From assembly GCF_000011125.1 (NCBI RefSeq), contig NC_000854.2:1290001-1322000 (forward strand): a stretch of DNA of 32,000 nucleotides. Reading direction: 5' to 3'. This DNA is from Aeropyrum pernix K1. GTDB lineage: Archaea; Thermoproteota; Thermoprotei_A; Sulfolobales; Acidilobaceae. The stretch's first letter is position 1. Each line of letters starts with the position of its first letter. This document shows positions 1 to 6,184 of this stretch, piece after piece. The notes beneath the pieces were generated by a model. That model was not told where the DNA came from and did not search any database. It saw nothing but the letters and a program-made list of their open reading frames with translations. Made by a program: the position numbers and the translations under genes.

Positions 1-2
1 AG

Positions 3-395
3 CCTGCCCTAGCCATACTGAATAAGGCGGACCTGCCGGGGGCTCGGGAAGCTGCGGAGCCAGCTGTCAAGAGGCTAGGCGAGATAGGCATCGACACCAT
101 AGTAGCCTCAGCCCTGAGGGGCGACGGCCTCGGTGAGATCGCCCCTAGGCTCTTCAGGATGCTTGATATAGTCAGGGTGTATACTAAGCAGCCTAACAAG
201 GAGCCGGATAAGGACCCCCTCGTGCTACACCGGGGCTCTACCGTGATGGACGTTGCCAAACACATTCACAAGGACCTGGTGAGGAGGTTCAAGTACGCCA
301 GGGTGTGGGGTAAGAGTGTTAAGTACCCCGGCCAGAGGGTGGGGCCGGAGCATGTTGTGGAAGACGGGGATATTGTTGAGATACATGTGAGGTGA
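3..395 (+). CDS. DRG/Obg-family GTPase, C-terminal part (5' end outside the window)
   Basis: Frame 3 is open from base 3. The translation PALAILNKADLPG... contains the GTPase G4 motif NKAD. The listed 78-aa tail (VYTKQPNKEPD..PLVLHRGSTVMDVA..IHKDL...FKYARVWGKS..YPGQRVG..H.VEDGDIVEI) looks like the TGS domain of archaeal/eukaryotic DRG proteins. Confidence 0.8.
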   Translation, partial: PALAILNKADLPGAREAAEPAVKRLGEIGIDTIVASALRGDGLGEIAPRLFRMLDIVRVYTKQPNKEPDKDPLVLHRGSTVMDVAKHIHKDLVRRFKYARVWGKSVKYPGQRVGPEHVVEDGDIVEIHVR

Positions 396-1081
396 AGTCT
401 CACATGCAGGGCTGCAGCCTACTGCCAGTCAACCCTCTCAGGGAGGCGGTTGCCATCACGGTGCTAGCAGTTTACGTGATGCTAATAGTCGTACCGGTCT
501 CGAGACTCCTCCATTCGGCCCTGGTTAGGAGGGGCGTTAGCGAGGAGTCTAGCAGGTATTATGTGAGGAAGTTCATACACGGGGCGGCCGGTGGTGTAGT
601 CGCTCTTCTGGTTCCACTGGTTTTCACCAGCCCCCTGCTGCCCACGCTAGCCGCTCTAGCGCTAGCCGCTCTACTTCTGGTCCTACACGGTAGGCTCTCT
701 TGGTTCCAGGTGTCTGGCAACATGTATGATGTCAACTTCAACATAGCCTGGGGCGCGTCCATAGCTGTTCTATGGTGTTATACCGGCGACCCCTGGACAG
801 CCGTTCTGCCAGCCCTCTTCATAAGCTTCGGAGACGCAGCCACAGGGATAGTCAGGAACATGGTGTTCGGCCACCGCACGAAACACTGGTTGGGTAACGT
901 AGCGATGGCCGCGGTTTCAGTGCCGATAGGGGTTGCTATAGCTGGCTGGATAGGACTTGTTGCGGCCCTCGTCTCCTCGGCGGTAGAGAAGTTTGAAGCT
1001 GGAGTTGTAGACGACAATGTCTTGATCGCCCTGTCATCAACCCTCGTTATACTGGCGGCGGCCGCTGTAGGCCAGCTCTAG
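392..1081 (+). CDS. Polytopic membrane protein, dolichol/polyprenol (phytol) kinase-like family
   Basis: 229-aa ORF that is almost entirely hydrophobic helices. The C-terminal half (FGDAATGIVRN..GHRTKHW..., VEKFE..VVDDNVLI) resembles the GDxxAxxxG ... E ... DDN pattern of CTP-dependent dolichol/phytol kinases. GTG 392 overlaps the upstream stop (GTGA). ATG 404 is an alternative start. Confidence 0.5.
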   Translation: MKSHMQGCSLLPVNPLREAVAITVLAVYVMLIVVPVSRLLHSALVRRGVSEESSRYYVRKFIHGAAGGVVALLVPLVFTSPLLPTLAALALAALLLVLHGRLSWFQVSGNMYDVNFNIAWGASIAVLWCYTGDPWTAVLPALFISFGDAATGIVRNMVFGHRTKHWLGNVAMAAVSVPIGVAIAGWIGLVAALVSSAVEKFEAGVVDDNVLIALSSTLVILAAAAVGQL

Positions 1082-1127
1082 GGCTGCTACCCGGCAGTCC
1101 ACACTGGTTTTGAGCAGAATGCCTGCT

Positions 1128-2042
1128 CTACCCTGTCTGCCCCCCCACTTGATGTGGTCTCCGGGAATCAACGAGAACAGCCGCTCTATGCCTTTTCCTA
1201 GCCTCTCTCATCCACTCCTCCAGCTCCACGCCCCTCATACGCCTCCACCAGTCCCTCCTCCAGCTGTAAACCCCCTGGACGTCTATAGTGTAGACTCCCA
1301 TATCCTCCCCGCTACCCAGCTTGAGCCTTACCCAACCGTCTGCAGTGGAGGCTCCTGATACCCACCACCTGTTGGCCTCATCGCCTGTCGAGGGCGGAAC
1401 TATAACGTGGCTTAGGCCTCCTCCCCGGAATGTGTAGCGTTTAGTGGATAGTGGGAAAGAGGCCATATCGACTCCCACAACTGGCGTGTAGAAGTCGAGG
1501 GCCCTGGAGAGGTTTGCCTTTATCCAGTGCCCTTCCATGCTGAACATGTATGAAGGATTGATAAACAAGTCCGCCCCTCCCAGAAAAAGCTCCAAGGCGG
1601 CCTCGGGGAAACTCCAGAAGTCGGCGCACACTGCTACTCCAAGCTTGACCCCTCCTATATCGACAACCCCGTAGTCGCCACTCCACCTGTCGAAGCCCCA
1701 GAGCCTCCTCTCAAGCCTCCCAACATACCTCTTCCTCTGCCTGTACAGAGGATACCCCTCAGGCGAGTAGATGGTTGCCGTGTTATACAGCCTCCCACCC
1801 TCTCTATAGGCTATCCCCGCCACAACGTACACTCCTGAATCGGCTACTGCATCTAGAAAACCCCTTGACTCGTGGAATGGAAAATACTCGGGGAAAACCA
1901 CTATATCCGGATCCAGGCGAGAGGCCCTCGTAACCAGTCCAGCGGCTTTGAGAGGGTTTCCAGGGTGTGAGGGATCATTGTTGACTGGCGCGGGCTGGAC
2001 GACAGCAACCCTAAGAGCCTTAGGCATAAACGACACCCGCAA
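1128..2042 (-). CDS. Carbon-nitrogen hydrolase (nitrilase superfamily)
   Basis: Glu-Lys-Cys triad contexts are present: VVFPEYF, YRQRKRYV, GVAVCADFW. ALRVAVVQ near the N-terminus is typical. The track start at 2042 is TTG. ATG 2027 (MPKALRVAVVQ) sits about 35-45 nt downstream of an AAGATAGAGTATAG TATA-like stretch and is the more likely start. About 80 aa of C-terminal extension have no recognisable motif. Confidence 0.8.
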   Translation of the reverse strand: MRVSFMPKALRVAVVQPAPVNNDPSHPGNPLKAAGLVTRASRLDPDIVVFPEYFPFHESRGFLDAVADSGVYVVAGIAYREGGRLYNTATIYSPEGYPLYRQRKRYVGRLERRLWGFDRWSGDYGVVDIGGVKLGVAVCADFWSFPEAALELFLGGADLFINPSYMFSMEGHWIKANLSRALDFYTPVVGVDMASFPLSTKRYTFRGGGLSHVIVPPSTGDEANRWWVSGASTADGWVRLKLGSGEDMGVYTIDVQGVYSWRRDWWRRMRGVELEEWMREARKRHRAAVLVDSRRPHQVGGQTG

Positions 2043-2289
2043 GCCCGGCTCTCACGCTATACTCTATCTTTACCGGCTCTTAAGCTACCCTGGACCTATG
2101 GCTTGCGTGCCGAGTGAAACGGCCTTGACAGCGAGGTGGCAGAGAGTGGTGGCTGTTTCCGATAGTCAGAGGTTATTGGCTTCAAGCTTAGAGTCTTAGA
2201 TATAACGGGGGTTTGACGAGGAATCCGGGAAACGATCCCGGGAAGGCATGTTGCCTCCGGGGATGAGTGAGGCGAACTTCTCCGACCCC

Positions 2290-2757
2290 CTAGAGGCTCT
2301 TGATGAACGTTATCCTACCGTTCACTATGACGAGATAGTAGGGCTTTGCATGTTTACCCTGTTTGGCTAGGACCTCGGCGAGGCTACGGGGCCATAGCTT
2401 CTCTATAAACTCCTCCGGCCTCCTCCACTCTAGCTGGACGAACTTGCTGCGGCTCCTCGGGTTACCCTTGTAGTTGCATGTGAAGTAGAAGAGTATCTCG
2501 TGGAAAGGCTGGTCTGTTTCTAGCACCTCCACTATATAGAGGAGCTTGTCTGGCTCAACTATGATGCCCGCCTCCTCCTTCATCTCCCTCACTAGACATA
2601 GGGGTATGCTCTCGCTATACTCAACCCTCCCCCCGGGGAACACGTAGGCCTCCTTCTTGGGATCCCACTGTACTAGGAGCCTCCCATCCTCCCTCTCTAT
2701 TATGCATCTGGCCCTCACCACCGGCGTCCTCCTGTGTCTAGGCACTAGCTCGTGCAC
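2290..2757 (-). CDS. Nudix hydrolase
   Basis: Nudix box GGRVEYSESIPLCLVREMKEEAGI matches GX5EX7REUXEEXGU. GTG start. Confidence 0.85.
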   Translation of the reverse strand: MHELVPRHRRTPVVRARCIIEREDGRLLVQWDPKKEAYVFPGGRVEYSESIPLCLVREMKEEAGIIVEPDKLLYIVEVLETDQPFHEILFYFTCNYKGNPRSRSKFVQLEWRRPEEFIEKLWPRSLAEVLAKQGKHAKPYYLVIVNGRITFIKSL

Positions 2758-2816
2758 CCCGGAGGTGGTAATATCGGGCTGTCATCTAGTTATTCTTTAA
2801 ACTCACCTACCGTCTA

Positions 2817-3155
2817 GTGGGGGACTTCCTCTTGGAGGGCCTGATATACGCGGTATTGAAGGCTATAGGCGAAAACGGTGTCCTCACTCCTGGCGACGCT
2901 GTAAGGCTGGTAAGCGCCCCGCGCTATAGAGTTCTAGCCGCGTTCCAAGTGCTGGAGGAGCTCGGGCTTGCAGAGACTATATACAGTAGGGGCAGCCATA
3001 AGGTGTTCGCCCTAACTAGCCTGGGGAGAAAGGTTCTCCTGGCAGTCGAAAACGGTTTGACCATTAGAGGGTTGCTGGAGGAGGGTGTGGAGAGGGCCTC
3101 GCCAACGCTTTCCGAGGCCTCCTCAGCCGATCAAGTGATATCATCGGGAACGTAG
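2817..3155 (+). CDS. Small winged-helix-like DNA-binding protein (putative transcription regulator)
   Basis: 112 aa. The pattern LTPGDAVRLVSAPRYRVLAAFQVLEELGLAE..(beta hairpin) SHKVFALTSLGRKVL looks like a helix-turn-helix plus wing. GTG start. Call is by pattern only. Confidence 0.4.
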   Translation: MGDFLLEGLIYAVLKAIGENGVLTPGDAVRLVSAPRYRVLAAFQVLEELGLAETIYSRGSHKVFALTSLGRKVLLAVENGLTIRGLLEEGVERASPTLSEASSADQVISSGT

Positions 3156-3511
3156 GCCGGCTTGCCCTCAAGGTTGACCACAGGTATTGCTAGCCAGCCA
3201 GGCTTCACCCTGTTACCCAGCTCCACAGCCTCCCCCTTCTCGTCGACCTTAACTAGCACGTAGGCCGGGGCACGATCCTCGCCACCCCCTAGGGGCTCGC
3301 TGTAGTAGTACACTATTGGGACACCGTATTGCTTATAGAAGTCCTTGTAAACCGTCTGCACCATGTAGAAGATCTTCTCCCCATGTTTAAACCTGTATAA
3401 AGGGCTCACAGACATCCTAGCCGCGTTAACAGAGGCCAGCCTAACGAGGTCGTTAAGGCTCGACACCTTAACAGCCACAGCCACCGGTATCTCTGGCGAG
3501 CTGCTCTCCAT
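3131..3511 (-). CDS. Hypothetical protein (no family recognised)
   Basis: 126-aa ORF with protein-like composition (YRFKHGEKIFYMVQTVYKDFYKQYGVPIVYYY...). It fills the gap between flanking genes. Its 3' end overlaps the convergent 2817-3155 gene by 25 nt. Confidence 0.5.
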   Translation of the reverse strand: MESSSPEIPVAVAVKVSSLNDLVRLASVNAARMSVSPLYRFKHGEKIFYMVQTVYKDFYKQYGVPIVYYYSEPLGGGEDRAPAYVLVKVDEKGEAVELGNRVKPGWLAIPVVNLEGKPAYVPDDIT

Positions 3512-3656
3512 ACTTCACACCGACTACTATGGAATGTTACTGGAGTACTTAGAGCTATCGTGGTCAACTGTGCCGGAGCGTTGACTAAGCGGCGAATACC
3601 CGATCTCGCATGCTATAACTCATAGAGTAGTACCGACAATTCACGGCTCTACGGGG

Positions 3657-4301
3657 GTGCTCGGTGTGCCGTCTCCCGCGGAGAAGCTGGGGCTGGTGCC
3701 AGCCTCAATGGTTGCGTCACAACTGTACTGCGAGTACAAGGTTCATCTCGACTTAGGCCGGAACCGGCCTCCAGTCCCAGGTCTTTCAAGACGTATTGCA
3801 AGAAGAGTGGTATTAGAGGAGTCTGACAAAGGTCTCGCGCGTGTTTCTGTCTACGGGGAGGTTATGGGGGTACCCATAGTAGCCAGCCCCGACTTCGCCG
3901 TGTTAGGCGGTGAGAGAGTTGTCGTGGTGGGGAAGACTGCGATAAGAGAGCCACCCCGGAGGCTGGCAGCAGATATGGTGTACCTATACCTATCAACAGT
4001 TCTTCTCGAGGAAAACGGCCTGGCTAGCGAGGGTTGTGGCATGGCTGTTGTTGTAGGCAGGAGCGAGGGTTGTTTGGAAGCTCTACTTAGAAAGGGTGTT
4101 GAGGAGGGCTTTAAACCGCGGAAGGACGGCTGCGGCATAGTCTACACGGAAGTTTACAGGCGAGCGGAGGCGGTGGGTAGGCTATATAGGCTCCTCCAAT
4201 ACTGGAGGGGCGAGCGGCCTCCCGAGCCAAGACCCTCCCCTAGCCGCTGTGCCAAATGCAGATACAAAGGCCTCTGCGAACACAGCGTTGCGACGACCTA
4301 G
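3657..4301 (+). CDS. Cas4/RecB-like PD-(D/E)XK superfamily protein with four-Cys (Fe-S type) signature, solitary
   Basis: N-terminal SQLYCEYKVHL (Cys25) plus C-terminal CAKCRYKGLC (C198-x2-C201-x5-C207). This is the 1+3 Cys arrangement of Cas4/DUF83 nucleases. A central SPDF(D79)...VVVVGK(K93) occupies the position of the D...ExK nuclease motif. GTG start. Confidence 0.6.
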   Translation: MLGVPSPAEKLGLVPASMVASQLYCEYKVHLDLGRNRPPVPGLSRRIARRVVLEESDKGLARVSVYGEVMGVPIVASPDFAVLGGERVVVVGKTAIREPPRRLAADMVYLYLSTVLLEENGLASEGCGMAVVVGRSEGCLEALLRKGVEEGFKPRKDGCGIVYTEVYRRAEAVGRLYRLLQYWRGERPPEPRPSPSRCAKCRYKGLCEHSVATT

Positions 4302-5473
4302 TCCCATTCCTCCTCCATCTCCTGCTTCCTTAGCGTGCCCGCAGACTCCGCTATTGCCTCTTCCATCCCCGGGACTTCCAGGTACTCTACATTAATCTCC
4401 GTCTCCGGGTCAAAGTACATCACCTTATCTTCCTCTATGTTGATGAATATCCTGCTGCCGGGCCTGGGCTCTACCACGGGCGGCACGATAACCTTCACCT
4501 GGCTACCGTTCACCAGCAAGGTCACTATGTTCTCGCGCCCCAGGGTCTCGACCGTATACACCTCTGCCTCCATGGACACGTAGTCGCCCAGCGGGCTTTC
4601 GGAGAGCACTGCAACCTCAGGGCGGAAGCCCAGTATAACTGAGTTGGTCTTCACAGCCGCTAGCTTCTCGGCTATACGCCTGGGCGGGCAGTAGCGCCCA
4701 CCACCTGGTAGCAGGAGGCATCTCCTGCTGCTGTCGAGGGGGACGGAGACTAGGTTGGCTGGAGGCGTGCCTATGAAGCTGGCGACGAAGACGTTCCTGG
4801 GCTTATAGTAGACATCCCAGGGTTTTCCGACCTGCTGTATAACCCCGGATGCTATGATGGCAATCCTATCTGCCATAGCCAGGGCCTCGCTCTGGTCGTG
4901 GGTCACGTATATGGCGGTTATCCCCAGTTCTTTCTGCAGCTTCTTCAGCTCACTCCTTATCTTAATCCTCAGTAGGGCGTCCAGGTTGCTCAGGGGCTCG
5001 TCGAGGAGCAGGACCTCGGGCTCCTTAACAAGAGCACGTGCCAGAGCCACCCGCTGCTGCTGCCCCCCGCTCAGCTGTGCGGGATACCTGTCTAGCAGGC
5101 CTTCTATGCCGAGCAGCTTAGCAACGCTCAATACCTTCTCCTTTATAGCCGGCTCGCCAAAGTTCCTGAGCCTAAGCGGGAAGGCTATGTTTTCATAGAC
5201 CGTCATGTGAGGGTAGAGGGCGTAGTTCTGGAACACGAGACCTATGTTCCTCTTGTTCGGAGGCAAGTCGGTGACGTCTACATCATTAAAATAAATCCTA
5301 CCCCTACTAGGCTTGTAAATCCCCGCTATCAAGTAGAGTAGAGTAGTTTTGCCGGAGCCGCTGGGGCCCAGTATGGAGACGAACTCCTTATCCTCGATAT
5401 AGAGGTTAACATCCCTAACAGCAACAACATTACCAAAAACCTTCCAAACACCCTCGAGCTTCACACTAGCCAA
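4298..5473 (-). CDS. ABC transporter ATP-binding protein, MalK/UgpC-type (sugar importer ATPase with C-terminal regulatory/TOBE-like domain)
   Basis: Walker A GPSGSGKTT, Q-loop, signature LSGGQQQRVALARAL, Walker B LLLDEPLSNLD, H-loop YVTHDQ. About 150-aa C-terminal domain. TTG start. No permease or binding-protein gene is adjacent. Confidence 0.9.
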   Translation of the reverse strand: MASVKLEGVWKVFGNVVAVRDVNLYIEDKEFVSILGPSGSGKTTLLYLIAGIYKPSRGRIYFNDVDVTDLPPNKRNIGLVFQNYALYPHMTVYENIAFPLRLRNFGEPAIKEKVLSVAKLLGIEGLLDRYPAQLSGGQQQRVALARALVKEPEVLLLDEPLSNLDALLRIKIRSELKKLQKELGITAIYVTHDQSEALAMADRIAIIASGVIQQVGKPWDVYYKPRNVFVASFIGTPPANLVSVPLDSSRRCLLLPGGGRYCPPRRIAEKLAAVKTNSVILGFRPEVAVLSESPLGDYVSMEAEVYTVETLGRENIVTLLVNGSQVKVIVPPVVEPRPGSRIFINIEEDKVMYFDPETEINVEYLEVPGMEEAIAESAGTLRKQEMEEEWD

Positions 5474-5792
5474 ACAGCAACACCCCCAGCACCAGCCCGA
5501 TGAACGCTAAACCGGTATCACGCCAAACAGGCGTGACCACCATTGCAAGGCCATTGAAACCCGCGGCAGTAGCCTTATAAATAAAGTAGTATCCGGAGGG
5601 CCAAATTTAATCTATAACATCACGCCAGCCATAACACCCGTAAAGAGGAGGAAACAGGGCTCCATAGCACCATACACCGCCTCTATCTATACCCTATACA
5701 GGAGAAACCGGTTGAAGACCGCTTCCGTACTAGGGGGCTGTAGGTCTAACAGGCGTTCCGGAACTCTGAAGCTAAGTGTTTCTGCTCTCCAG

Positions 5793-5880
5793 TGGTGCGG
5801 GGGGTGGGATTTGAACCCACGCAGGCCTACGCCATCGGGTCCTGAGCCCGACCCCTTTGGCCAGGCTCGGGCACCCCCGC
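5793..5880 (-). tRNA. tRNA-Leu (anticodon CAG), class II with long variable arm, CCA encoded
   Basis: The reverse complement reads GCGGGGGTGCCCGAGCCTGGCCAAAGGGGTCGGGCTCAGGACCCGATGGCGTAGGCCTGCGTGGGTTCAAATCCCACCCCCCGCACCA. It has a 7-bp acceptor stem GCGGGGG/CCCCCGC, anticodon stem TCGGG/CCCGA with loop CTCAGGA (CAG), a 15-nt variable arm, T arm GTGGG-TTCAAAT-CCCAC, discriminator A and CCA. Confidence 0.9.
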
Positions 5881-5910
5881 ACCGATAATCAGGATTTTTT
5901 AGACGCAGCC

Positions 5911-5916
5911 TTTAAA
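5911..5916 (-). promoter_or_regulatory. TATA-like box (TTTAAA) for the tRNA-Leu gene
   Basis: TTTAAA lies 31-36 nt upstream of the mature tRNA 5' end (5880) on the minus strand, within an AT-rich stretch. Confidence 0.4.
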
Positions 5917-6086
5917 CGCTTTGGACCCTTGTGTTCTCCACCCCCAGTTTCTTGCCTCTTCTTGCCGTTTGTTTACTTTTGGTTAACAAGGTTTTGGCAC
6001 TAAGCTGTAGGGATAGTTTTGGCTATACCATTCTTTAAACCGGGTGTATTATCGATTTTCCTTTTATGATAATACCGTTCAACTGC

Positions 6087-6129
6087 TAAAGCGGTGGTTC
6101 TTACATGAACAAAATTTGTTGCCGCTTTA
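6087..6129. promoter_or_regulatory. Inverted repeat TAAAGCGG-N27-CCGCTTTA with nested palindrome AACAAAaTTTGTT, upstream of nrdJ
   Basis: Perfect 8-bp arms at 6087-6094 and 6122-6129. The nested palindrome is at 6108-6120. All lie in the AT-rich region upstream of the RNR gene. Confidence 0.3.
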
Positions 6130-6154
6130 ACAGCGTTGGATTCGCATAACAGTA

Positions 6155-6180
6155 GCTAAACCCTCATATCTAGGTTTAGC
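6155..6180. promoter_or_regulatory. Inverted repeat GCTAAACC-N10-GGTTTAGC just upstream of the nrdJ start (candidate operator or 5' hairpin)
   Basis: Perfect 8-bp arms at 6155-6162 and 6173-6180. The spacer CTCATATCTA is a weak TATA-like element about 27 nt upstream of ATG 6197. Confidence 0.35.
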
Positions 6181-6184
6181 GGGG

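Noticed and set aside
5881-6184. AT-rich DNA next to tRNA-Leu as the edge of an integrated element
   Set aside because: No integrase, no viral or plasmid genes, and no direct repeat of the tRNA 3' half that I could find elsewhere in the window. The AT-rich DNA lies on the 5' (promoter) side of the tRNA and doubles as the nrdJ upstream region.
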